The notes under the pieces are model-generated. The model did no database searches and was not told the origin of the DNA. It worked only from the letters and a program-made list of their open reading frames with translations. Shown one piece after another: positions 39,551 through 48,905 of a stretch of 64,000 nucleotides of DNA. A program made the translations under genes and the position numbers. The stretch comes from Sedimentisphaerales bacterium. GTDB taxonomy: Bacteria > Planctomycetota > Phycisphaerae > Sedimentisphaerales > Anaerobacaceae. The stretch lies in NCBI GenBank assembly GCA_963708075.1, contig OY970194.1, positions 544,001-608,000 on the forward strand. The letters run 5' to 3'. Each line of letters starts with the position of its first letter. Position 1 is the stretch's first letter.

Positions 39551-41073
39551 AACCACGCGTGAGAACAGCGTTGGGTATCGATGTGAGCCCGCACCAGGTT
39601 AGCGCAGCACTGGTGGAGCGGGCCGGGCGGGAGTTCAGAGTGATTGCCGCGGCGTCGAGCAATTTGCCGGCCTCGGTGGAACGGCAAGACTCCGTCGAGC
39701 AGGCCAAGGCGCTGTCACTCGTGGTCAAAAGACTAGGCAGGCGGGCGCGGTCTGCCCGAGTGAGAGCCGCAGTGTCCCTGTCGACACATCCTCTGGTCAT
39801 ACAGATTCTCGACATGCCCAAGCACATGCCGGCCAACATTCGTGAATTTGTAGAGGGCGAGCTCAGGCAGTACGTGCCGCTATCCGGCAAGCGCACTCTG
39901 TGCGACTTCTGCGGGATCGGCACTGCCACAGAGGGGCGAAAGCGAATGCTCACGGCTGCGGCTGAAATCAAGCCGGTCCTTAAGATAGTGAATGCCTGCA
40001 CCAAAGCGGGCGTAACTGTTGAGGCGGTCGAACCCTCGCTGCTGGCCTGCGCCAGGGCTATCCACGCGAGTGGCCGGGGTCAAACGCACGGCTGCAGCAC
40101 CCTGATCGCGGTGCTCGGCGGCAACAATCTCACTGTGTCGCTGTTCTGCGACGACATGATGGATTTCGTGAGAATTCGGGACATCCCGCCGGATGTATGT
40201 GAGCACGATTCGCTCCTCGAATGGCTGGCCGAGGAGTTGATGGCCGTGATGCGCTACCGTAACGCCGGCGCCGGTACCAACGGTGGTGTGTTGCACGCCA
40301 GAGTGATCCTTCAGAACCCTGCACGCGAAGCGAAAGAACTTGAGGCGTCGCTCCGCGCTCGGACAGGAATGGAGTCTCTTGTAGTCGCGCACGCGCACGA
40401 GCATTTCCCGGATTTTGCGGCAGGCGAGAGCGGCGCGGTGACCGAGGCCCCGTCCCAGATGGCGGTTGGCGCCGCCATGAAGATCCTGGACCCGGATGGG
40501 GACGATTTGAGCATCAATCTGCTGCCGGAGGAGGTGCGGCACGCCCGGTCGCTCGCCAGGCACGCATTACTGACGGCGATTGCCGGTGCGTTGACGTTCC
40601 TGGGGGTGATCGTGACAATGCTGTTCCTGAACCAAACGGCTGACAGCATCCGCGAGCAGGTGGAACAGACGAAGATTACTGAGCAGCTCTACACCACGCC
40701 GGCACTGATCGCACAGGATAAGTTCCTGGACCAGGAGATCTCCCGAGTCCGGCAGGAACTGGGCCCGCTGCGAAAGCTCGTGCCCGCGAACTGCGACGTG
40801 GATTGGTCGGGCGTGCTGAATGCCGTCAGACGGGCGGCTCCGGCCGGCGTGTGTGTCATGGAACTATCCGGCGACAATCGCAGCGAGCGTATTTCTCTCA
40901 AGGGCCTGGCCTTGTCCGGCGAGGCTGCCCAGTCGTTCGCCCGCGGCCTGGATGAAAGCAAGCCTTTCACATCCGTCGCCATGACCAAGATGACTGCGAA
41001 GCAGCAGAAGGGCAGGAGCCTCGTGGAATATCAGCTCGATTGCTCCACGATATCAGCGAGCGGAGGGAAGTGA
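39547..41073 (+). CDS. PilM-PilN fusion (GspL-like architecture)
   Basis: ALGIDVS actin-like start; AVGAAM followed in frame by INLLP, a TM and ISLKGLA. Confidence 0.8.
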   Translation: MKPRVRTALGIDVSPHQVSAALVERAGREFRVIAAASSNLPASVERQDSVEQAKALSLVVKRLGRRARSARVRAAVSLSTHPLVIQILDMPKHMPANIREFVEGELRQYVPLSGKRTLCDFCGIGTATEGRKRMLTAAAEIKPVLKIVNACTKAGVTVEAVEPSLLACARAIHASGRGQTHGCSTLIAVLGGNNLTVSLFCDDMMDFVRIRDIPPDVCEHDSLLEWLAEELMAVMRYRNAGAGTNGGVLHARVILQNPAREAKELEASLRARTGMESLVVAHAHEHFPDFAAGESGAVTEAPSQMAVGAAMKILDPDGDDLSINLLPEEVRHARSLARHALLTAIAGALTFLGVIVTMLFLNQTADSIREQVEQTKITEQLYTTPALIAQDKFLDQEISRVRQELGPLRKLVPANCDVDWSGVLNAVRRAAPAGVCVMELSGDNRSERISLKGLALSGEAAQSFARGLDESKPFTSVAMTKMTAKQQKGRSLVEYQLDCSTISASGGK

Positions 41074-41678
41074 CCGTGCCTGTGGATCGGATCATCATGG
41101 CAAAGGGATCGAAGAGAAACGCGATATCGATCGCGCTGATCGTGATCGGCGCCGCAGCGATGTACAACTGGACCCTCTCGCCCCAGGTTGGCTACCTGCG
41201 TGCCGTGCAGCGCTATCAGCCTGTGGTGGACGAGATGGCCGAGGAGACGGGAAGGATCGGCGGGACACTGGACGCAAAACGCCAGCAGTTGCGAACCCTG
41301 CAGCGGGAGTTGGCCGAAGCTCGTGGCAGTCTCTTCACGCGAGAGGAAGCCAGGGTGTTCCTGGGCAACGTGCAATCCTTTGTCGAGCAGACCGGCTGCA
41401 AAGTGGTCGTGGTGGCCTTCACATCCGATGGTCGGACCGAGCAGCCTCCTGGATCAGGAGGGCCTGCTTCCGTTGTGACCTCCCAGGTCAATTTGACCGT
41501 CGTGGGGCAGTACGATCAGATCGTTATGTTGCTCGATCGGCTGCAGAACAACCGCAGGAAAATCTGGGTGGACTCCTGTGCCCTGACGCTTTCTGATGTG
41601 CGTTCCGGGCGGCTCGAATGCAAGCTCGTCCTCATTTTACACGCCCTATCCGATAAGGAGGGCCATGTCGATGAATGA
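41070..41678 (+). CDS. PilO/GspM-like protein
   Basis: TM, coiled coil, VNLTVVGQYDQIVMLLDRL. Confidence 0.8.
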   Translation: MTVPVDRIIMAKGSKRNAISIALIVIGAAAMYNWTLSPQVGYLRAVQRYQPVVDEMAEETGRIGGTLDAKRQQLRTLQRELAEARGSLFTREEARVFLGNVQSFVEQTGCKVVVVAFTSDGRTEQPPGSGGPASVVTSQVNLTVVGQYDQIVMLLDRLQNNRRKIWVDSCALTLSDVRSGRLECKLVLILHALSDKEGHVDE

Positions 41679-42930
41679 AGCGGTTTATCGCGGTGACCGG
41701 TTACGCCGTGTTCTCGTGCTGCTGTGCATGTGTCTCGCATCTGCAGATTTCTGCCCGGCGTTTGGGCAGCCGGCGGAGCCGGCCGCACCCCAGGCCGACA
41801 GGAATCCTTTTGCCGGCTTTCTCGGTCAAGACGAGCCCCAGACCCAGAGCGTGTCTTCCTCACCTGAACCTGTTGCACCCCCGGAGATGCGGCTTGAGAT
41901 GATCGTGCTCAAATTCCTCAACGCCACGAGCCTTAAGGGGGTCCTGGACAAAATGGTTTCCACATATGGCTCGGTGGCGGTCAATGAGAAGACGAACTCT
42001 GTGATCGTGTGCGACACGCCGGAGAACCTGAGCAGGATCCTCGCAGAGATCAAGAAAGCGGACCAGACCCCGTTGCAGGTCATGGTGGAAGTCGTGATCC
42101 TCGACGTGCAACTGAGGGACGACACCGAGATCGGCGTGAACTGGGACCTGCTTTCCACCGACCTGGAGGATATCACCTATCGGCAGAACGTCACCGGCTC
42201 GCGGCTTACCGCGGTTCCTCCGTCAGCGGCTACCCTCGGCAACGCCACAGCGTACAACACGTTGGGGCTGGGCGGCGATTTCAGCGTGATCAGCGGCTCT
42301 GTCCGGCACGTCCTGCACATGATCCAGCAGAAGCGGGACACGGAGATTCTCGCCAGCCCGAGGGCGCTGGTAGTCAGCGGGCAGGTCGCGACGATCAAGG
42401 CTGTCGAGGAAATCCCGTACGAGGAGATTGTCGACACGGCCACGGGTGGGGCGAACGCTCTGACGTCCACGAGATTCAAAGAGGTCGGCGTCACTCTGCG
42501 GGTGGAGGCGACCGTCACGGACGGAAACAACATCTTCCTCACCGTCGACACCAGTCAGAATGTCACGACGGGCGAAAGTGCCAAGGGAGTCCCGGTTGTG
42601 GATACGAGGCAGGCGACCACGTCGCTGCTGCTTCAAGACAGCCAGACGGTCATCATTGGGGGCCTGCGACGGGAGGAGAAGACCAGGCAGGTCAACCAGA
42701 TCCCCATCCTCGGCGATCTGCCCGTGATCGGGCTCCTGTTCAAGAACGTCAGCACGGTGACGGCTCATTCTGAGCTGGTCGTGCTCCTGTCTCCCCATAT
42801 TTACCGGGGGAGCCCTGTTCCCGGCGAGATCACCGCCAGGCTCGAGGCCCTGCAATCCCGCAGCCCTTTGAAAACTCAAGTCGTCACAGAATCGAACAAG
42901 AGCGAATCCTCGCAAACAGAGGAGCGATGA
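41671..42930 (+). CDS. gspD: Short secretin (GspD/PilQ family)
   Basis: NEKTNSVIV N-domain; QVMVEVVI; IIGGL..IPILGDLPVIGLLF; ELVVLLSP. Confidence 0.95.
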   Translation: MNEAVYRGDRLRRVLVLLCMCLASADFCPAFGQPAEPAAPQADRNPFAGFLGQDEPQTQSVSSSPEPVAPPEMRLEMIVLKFLNATSLKGVLDKMVSTYGSVAVNEKTNSVIVCDTPENLSRILAEIKKADQTPLQVMVEVVILDVQLRDDTEIGVNWDLLSTDLEDITYRQNVTGSRLTAVPPSAATLGNATAYNTLGLGGDFSVISGSVRHVLHMIQQKRDTEILASPRALVVSGQVATIKAVEEIPYEEIVDTATGGANALTSTRFKEVGVTLRVEATVTDGNNIFLTVDTSQNVTTGESAKGVPVVDTRQATTSLLLQDSQTVIIGGLRREEKTRQVNQIPILGDLPVIGLLFKNVSTVTAHSELVVLLSPHIYRGSPVPGEITARLEALQSRSPLKTQVVTESNKSESSQTEER

Positions 42931-42931
42931 T

Positions 42932-43342
42932 ATGCTGAAGCTATTCCGATCCAGGCAACGAACGTCCCAGATGAAGATTCTTGTCGTGGATGACGAGCCG
43001 GACCTGCTCAGTACGGTGGAATACCGGCTGAAATTCGCAGAATGTGACGTGGTTACCGCCTGCAACGGCCAGGAGGGACTTGAGAAGGCGGCCGCGGAAA
43101 GGCCCGACCTGATCCTGCTCGACACCAATATGCCGATCATGAGCGGCCATCAGATGCTGGAGCGCCTGCGGGCGGACCCCAATCTGAAGGGTATACCGGT
43201 GATCATGCTTACCGCCCGGTGCGAACCGCAGGACATCGCGGCGGCCTCTGCATTGGGCATATCGGACTATGTCACTAAGCCGTTCGATTTCACCCAGCTC
43301 ATGGACAAAGTACGGGCAGCTCTGAGCGGCAGGAAACCCTGA
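42932..43342 (+). CDS. Single-domain response regulator
   Basis: ILVVDDE; LLDTNMP; MLTAR; TKPF. Confidence 0.9.
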   Translation: MLKLFRSRQRTSQMKILVVDDEPDLLSTVEYRLKFAECDVVTACNGQEGLEKAAAERPDLILLDTNMPIMSGHQMLERLRADPNLKGIPVIMLTARCEPQDIAAASALGISDYVTKPFDFTQLMDKVRAALSGRKP

Positions 43343-43396
43343 TGAACCACGGTTGACCGGCGAGCACATTGGGTCAACATCTGAGGGAGGATACAA

Positions 43397-46300
43397 TTGG
43401 CCATGTCCAAAGCCTTACGAATCCTGATCGTTTACAGCAGCGCCGCTGACAGGACATTGGTGCAAACGCTGCTCGCCCGCTCTTCTCTGGCTATCGGTGA
43501 GGTCCGATATACCGACGGCCTCAACGCCGCCGTAGAGATGGTACAGGGATCTCCGTATGACGTCATTCTGATCAGCCTTACGGACAATCCGGCTGCAGAC
43601 ATGGTTGCGGCAATCCAGAAACAAGCGCCCGAGGCAGCCATCCTTCTATTGACCTCGGTGGATGACGAGCAAACGGCTGCCGCCGCCATCCGCAGCGGGG
43701 CGCAGGACTGCCTTGTCAGGGGACGGATCGACGCTTACTTCCTGTCGCACGCCATACGAGGCGCGCTGGAACGCAAGCGGATGGAGCAGGCGATTCGGAC
43801 GAGTGAGGCCCGACTTCGCAGCATTATCGAGCACGGCACGAATCTGTTCTACTCCCATACCCCGGACCACACGTTCACGTATGCCAGTCCCCAGGTGAAG
43901 GAGTTGCTTGGCTACGCTCCAGAGGAGTTCGCCATGCGCTGGACAGACATCGTCACTGATAATCCGGTCAATGAGAAAGCAGTGCGGCTGACCGAGGAAG
44001 CCATCAGGACGGGACAACGCCAGACGCCGTATGAAGTGGAAGTCTGCGCGAAGGACGGGCAGAAGAAATGGTTCGAGATCCACGAAGCGCCCGTTGTGGT
44101 GGATGGCCGTACCGTCAGCATCGTCGGTGCCGCAGCCGACATCACTCTGCGAAAACAAGCGGAAGAGGCGCTCCATGTAGTGAACTCATTCCGCAACACG
44201 ATTATCACCAATGCGGCGGAAGGACTGTGCGTCTGCCGCGAGGTTCCCGACCACCCCTTTGTGATCTTCACTGTCTGGAACGACCGCATGACCGAGATCA
44301 CCGGTTACACGATGGCGGAAGTCAACAGTCTGGGCTGGTACCAGGCTATATTCCCGGATCCGTGCGTGCGGGCGCGGGCGACGGAACGCATGGCTCGCAT
44401 GCGACAGGGAGAAGACCTGGTGTCGGAGGAATGGGTGATCACTCGGGCCGATGGGCAGGAGAGGACACTGCTGATCTCCACCTCCATTCTGGTGTCCAAT
44501 AATCCCCCGATGCAAGTCCTGGCGGTAATGCAGGACATCACTCAGCGCAAGAAGCTCGAGAAACGCGTCCAGGACCAGTTGCATCTTCTGCAGACGCTCA
44601 TGGACGCGATGCCCAACCCCATCTACTACAAGGATGCCCAGCTTCGCTACCTCGGCTGCAACAAGGCCTTCGAGAGACTTCTCGGCGTCGCCGAGGCTCA
44701 GATCGTGGGCAGGACGATCCATGACATTGCGCCGGAGGATCTTGCCGACCGGTACGATGCGGCGGATATAGAGCTGCTCGCCTGCCCTGGTTTTCAAACC
44801 TATGAGGGCTCAGTTGTTTCAGTCGATGGCGCCCGCCGCGGCGTGCTCTTTCACAAGGCCACATTCCAGAACGCGGAGGGAGACGTCGCCGGAATCGTCG
44901 GTGTCGTGGTCGACACCACCGAGCTGGCACGTGCCGAGCAGGCTCTGCTGGTGAAGGATAGTGCCCTCAACAGTGCAATCAGTGGCATCATTCTGACCGA
45001 CCTCGACGGCAAGTTGACCTACGCAAACCCATCCTGCCTGAGAATGTGGGGCTTCGATCACGAGCACCAGGTCCTGCACCGACCCTTCATGTCTCTTCTG
45101 TGCTGCGAAAAGGAAGGGTTGGCAGCCCACCAGATGACCCTCGATTCCGGCGCCTGGCACGGAGAACTGACGGCTCAAAAGACGGATGGTTCGGAGTTCA
45201 CTGTGCAGGTATCGGCGAACCTGGTCCGGGATAAGCACGGCAAGCCTGTCTGCCTGATGGCCTCTCTCGTCGATATCACCGAGAGCCGGCGTCTGCACGA
45301 CATCCTCGACCACAAACAGAAAAACCTGGAGGCGATTTTCGATGCAGCGCCCCTGGGCATGCTGCTCGTGAACGAGCAGCGCCGAGTGGTGCGTGCCAAC
45401 GATGCGGTGCGTCAGATATCCGGAAAGGGATACCCGGAAATCCTGAATCAGCATCCGTGTCAAGCCCTGGCGTGTGTTCATGCAACGCCGGAACTCGAGA
45501 CAGACGGTCATCGTGGCGCCTGCGAGGCGTGCTCGCTTCAGAATCTGATGGAAGCCACGTTCGAGTCGGGCTCGCCTGTCCACGGGAACGAGACTCAACC
45601 AGCATGGAACCGCAATGGCGAAGAAGTCCGGCCCTGGTTTTCTGTGAGCATCGAGCCGGTCGACATCGACGGCGACAGGCATATTCTCATCGCGCTCCAC
45701 GATGTCACGCATCGCAAAGAGGCCGAGGAGAGGTTGCGAGAGACAATGGAGATGAAATCACAGTTCGTCTCCACGGTCTCGCACGAGCTGCGTACGCCGC
45801 TGACCGCAATGAAGGAGGCGGTGACCATCGTTGCCGAGGGCATTGCCGGTAAACTCAACAAGGACCAGACGCGCTTCCTCGACATTGCCCGGCGAAACAT
45901 CGAACGCCTGGGCCGGCTGATTGATGACGTGCTCGATTTTCAGAGGCTCAGTGCAGGCAAGATGCAGTTCCACATGCAGTCCCATCACATCGACAAGACG
46001 ATCGACGAGGCGTGCAGCACGATGCAGCCGCAAGTCCGGCAGAAACAACTCCATCTGTCGGTGGACGTGGAGTCCGATCTGCCGGCCATCGTCTACGATC
46101 ATGATAGAATGATCCAGGCCCTCACAAATCTGCTCAGCAACGCCATCAAGTTCACCCCTGAGGGGGGACGCATTGTCCTCTCGGCTCGGGCTCGGGGAGA
46201 GTCTCTGGCCATAAGCGTCAGCGACACCGGCATGGGCATTCCGCCGGAAGCACTGCCCAGGATCTTCACGCAGTTCTACCGGGTGCACAGACCCGGCAAG

Positions 46301-46507
46301 GAGATCAAGGGCACGGGACTTGGCCTGGCCATCGTCAACAAGATCATTATCGCGCACGGCGGCAGAATCGACGTCGTGAGCGAGCTGAACCAGGGGACAA
46401 CCTTCACGGTTCTGCTTCCGTTGACGCCCGCACAGCCGTCCAAGGACATGTCCCAGCAAGCCGGCGCCTGCCTGGAGAGCGCCTTGCGGGGCGGGATACA
46501 GACTTGA
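43397..46507 (+). CDS. Histidine kinase with N-terminal REC-like domain and ~5 PAS domains
   Basis: GGAGG RBS; repeated DIT-x-RK PAC ends; SHELRTPL; NLLSNAIKF; GTGLGL. Confidence 0.95.
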   Translation: MAMSKALRILIVYSSAADRTLVQTLLARSSLAIGEVRYTDGLNAAVEMVQGSPYDVILISLTDNPAADMVAAIQKQAPEAAILLLTSVDDEQTAAAAIRSGAQDCLVRGRIDAYFLSHAIRGALERKRMEQAIRTSEARLRSIIEHGTNLFYSHTPDHTFTYASPQVKELLGYAPEEFAMRWTDIVTDNPVNEKAVRLTEEAIRTGQRQTPYEVEVCAKDGQKKWFEIHEAPVVVDGRTVSIVGAAADITLRKQAEEALHVVNSFRNTIITNAAEGLCVCREVPDHPFVIFTVWNDRMTEITGYTMAEVNSLGWYQAIFPDPCVRARATERMARMRQGEDLVSEEWVITRADGQERTLLISTSILVSNNPPMQVLAVMQDITQRKKLEKRVQDQLHLLQTLMDAMPNPIYYKDAQLRYLGCNKAFERLLGVAEAQIVGRTIHDIAPEDLADRYDAADIELLACPGFQTYEGSVVSVDGARRGVLFHKATFQNAEGDVAGIVGVVVDTTELARAEQALLVKDSALNSAISGIILTDLDGKLTYANPSCLRMWGFDHEHQVLHRPFMSLLCCEKEGLAAHQMTLDSGAWHGELTAQKTDGSEFTVQVSANLVRDKHGKPVCLMASLVDITESRRLHDILDHKQKNLEAIFDAAPLGMLLVNEQRRVVRANDAVRQISGKGYPEILNQHPCQALACVHATPELETDGHRGACEACSLQNLMEATFESGSPVHGNETQPAWNRNGEEVRPWFSVSIEPVDIDGDRHILIALHDVTHRKEAEERLRETMEMKSQFVSTVSHELRTPLTAMKEAVTIVAEGIAGKLNKDQTRFLDIARRNIERLGRLIDDVLDFQRLSAGKMQFHMQSHHIDKTIDEACSTMQPQVRQKQLHLSVDVESDLPAIVYDHDRMIQALTNLLSNAIKFTPEGGRIVLSARARGESLAISVSDTGMGIPPEALPRIFTQFYRVHRPGKEIKGTGLGLAIVNKIIIAHGGRIDVVSELNQGTTFTVLLPLTPAQPSKDMSQQAGACLESALRGGIQT

Positions 46508-46657
46508 TTCCCTCGTCCGAGCGCCATATCATTATGAACCAGTGAAGAACCGTGCCAACTCACGGGCGGACGACCGTCCTGGGGTGGCGGGTCAGTTGCC
46601 GGGATTGCCACACTGCTCATTTGATGGTCCAAACGATTGCTCAGGGGATTGCAGGGA

Positions 46658-47299
46658 ATGGATGGCCATATGGGGAAGCATGTGTACGTTGTGGATGATG
46701 AGCCCACGGTCCGAACTGCCGTCCGCAAGACTCTCGAACGCGCGGATCTAACCGTCCGTTGTTTCGAAAGCGCCGATGCTTGCCTTGCCGGTCTCGACGG
46801 CGGAACATGTGATCTTTTGATCACCGACGTGCGAATGCCCGGAAAGGACGGCATCGAGCTGCTGACGGAGGTCAGAAGGCTTCAGCCCTGGCTGCCCATG
46901 CTCGTGGTGACCGGCTTCGGCGATGTGCCCATGGCGGTGAAGGCTCTGAAGGCCGGCGCGGCGGATTTCATCGAGAAGCCCCTGGACAGGGACACATTTC
47001 TGGAGGCGGTTCAACGATTGCTGGCGAACAGCACCGGGCCGAGAGGGATGCTCGATCGTTCTCTCACGAGGATGGAGCTGAAGGTTCTCAATGGTATTCT
47101 GGAGGGCAGGAACAACCGGGAGATCGCCGATGTCCTGCATCGGTCGGCTCGAACGGTGGAGGTGCATCGCCGTCACCTGATGCGGAAGCTGAGGGCCAAT
47201 AATGTCGTGGAACTGCTTCGGCAAGCGGCCAGGCTGCGTCTGTTCGATCTGGACGCATCTGCCGCGGATGCGCATCGCGCGACAGATGCCCTGGAGTAG
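46658..47299 (+). CDS. FixJ-family response regulator
   Basis: VYVVDDE; DVRMP; GAADFIEKP; SARTVEVHR. Confidence 0.95.
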   Translation: MDGHMGKHVYVVDDEPTVRTAVRKTLERADLTVRCFESADACLAGLDGGTCDLLITDVRMPGKDGIELLTEVRRLQPWLPMLVVTGFGDVPMAVKALKAGAADFIEKPLDRDTFLEAVQRLLANSTGPRGMLDRSLTRMELKVLNGILEGRNNREIADVLHRSARTVEVHRRHLMRKLRANNVVELLRQAARLRLFDLDASAADAHRATDALE

Positions 47300-47426
47300 G
47301 CGCCGGTAACTCCTCCGGAGCGCCGCAGGAGAGCCTTGGCACGCTCGGGGAATAGGCATGTGCAACTCGCATACGGCAGGCATATTGTAACAGGCAGCAA
47401 ACCGTTCATGCTAAAGGGTCAGGATT

Positions 47427-48866
47427 ATGTTACGCCATGATAGCCAGCAGCCGCTGAAGAGAGCATACGATCACAGAGATGCAAGTGCCAAGCCCACCAT
47501 CACGCGCCGGGAAATGCTGAAGGCCGCCATGTTGGCTACCGCCTCCGCCGGCTTGCGCTCGACGGAGCAGATCGCCTTGGCGCAGGAAAAAGGCGACAGA
47601 CCTCGCCGGGATGAGGCCGTACAGGTGCTGAACCCATGTGGGCGCGTTCCCATGAGCATGATCATCGATGATTCCACGTGCCTGGTGAACCTGGCCCATT
47701 TTGGCATTCCTCAATTCGCGGAGGTCTTCCCTGACAACTACAAGCAGGATTGGAGGAAGCTGCCGCGAGAGATCCCGGATTCCTTCGTGCGCAAGTTCGG
47801 CCAGTGGTGTCACGAGCAGGGCGTGAAAGGCAAGTACAGCATCGTTCCCTATCCCGCCTGCGTGGGATGGCTCGACCGCGACCTGCCCGGGTGGTCGAAG
47901 AAGGAACTGACGGAGAGCATCAAGCTCGTGCGGGAACTCATGATGCCGGACTGGGATATCCACCCGGAGATGGTCTCGCACACGTGGGTCATCGACACGA
48001 AGACCGGCCGGCCCTATCCCGAGCGGACGGAGCGGTTCATGGAGAACTGGGGCTGGACGACAGGGAAATCGGCCGATGAAATTGCGGACTACATGAGCTA
48101 TGCCCTGCGCATCCTGAAGAACATCGGGCTCGAATGCGAGGGCATCACTACGCCCGGCGGGTTCGGCAACCAGGCTCTGCCGGAATTGTCACAGGCCACG
48201 TTGCAGGCATGCCGCGACGTCTTCAAGACGGAGATTCCTCACTACTTTCGGCATCTGTTCACCGACGACCAGAGTGTGGCGCCCCGCGTGGAGTACGCCT
48301 CCGGCCTCGACGGCCCGGACCCGAAGTGCGTCGTCTCGATCATCGGCTGTACCGGCGACTGGTTCGGCGGCTGGGACGGCTTGGAGCGGGGCTCGGCGGA
48401 CCAGTTCATCACGGAGGACCTCAAGGGCGGGAGGCTGCCGCAGGTGATCGAAAAAGGCGAGCCGGCCATCCTCGTCTGCCACTGGCCCGGGATCTACTTC
48501 AACGGCGAAGAGGTGGGGTTCAACATTCTCAAAGAGGTCGTGCGACGGCTGAACGCCCGCTACGACAACCTGATCTGGATGAAACAGTGCGAGATCGCCC
48601 GCTATTGGGCGGCCAGGGAACTGACGCAGATCAGGAAAGAAGGCAATCGCATCACTCTCGATGCGCCATTCGCGGCTCCACGCTTCACGGTGCGAGTGAG
48701 TGGTGTGCCCACCCAGCGGCCGACTATGGTGACCGGCGGGGCGGTGACAAAGCTGGAGCAGGCGCCTAAACCGCTGCAACTCAGGAGCGGCACGTGGTGC
48801 CAGGACGCTGCGAGCACAACAATCTGCTTCGATCTGCCAAAGGGACAATCTGCTATCCAACTCTAA
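47427..48866 (+). CDS. Tat-exported protein, possible polysaccharide deacetylase-like fold
   Basis: TRREMLK; MIIDDS; HPEMVSHT; ITTPGG. Function uncertain. Confidence 0.7.
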   Translation: MLRHDSQQPLKRAYDHRDASAKPTITRREMLKAAMLATASAGLRSTEQIALAQEKGDRPRRDEAVQVLNPCGRVPMSMIIDDSTCLVNLAHFGIPQFAEVFPDNYKQDWRKLPREIPDSFVRKFGQWCHEQGVKGKYSIVPYPACVGWLDRDLPGWSKKELTESIKLVRELMMPDWDIHPEMVSHTWVIDTKTGRPYPERTERFMENWGWTTGKSADEIADYMSYALRILKNIGLECEGITTPGGFGNQALPELSQATLQACRDVFKTEIPHYFRHLFTDDQSVAPRVEYASGLDGPDPKCVVSIIGCTGDWFGGWDGLERGSADQFITEDLKGGRLPQVIEKGEPAILVCHWPGIYFNGEEVGFNILKEVVRRLNARYDNLIWMKQCEIARYWAARELTQIRKEGNRITLDAPFAAPRFTVRVSGVPTQRPTMVTGGAVTKLEQAPKPLQLRSGTWCQDAASTTICFDLPKGQSAIQL

Positions 48867-48905
48867 GATGTCACGAGCACGACCATCGTTTTCCGGAGGC
48901 TCCCC

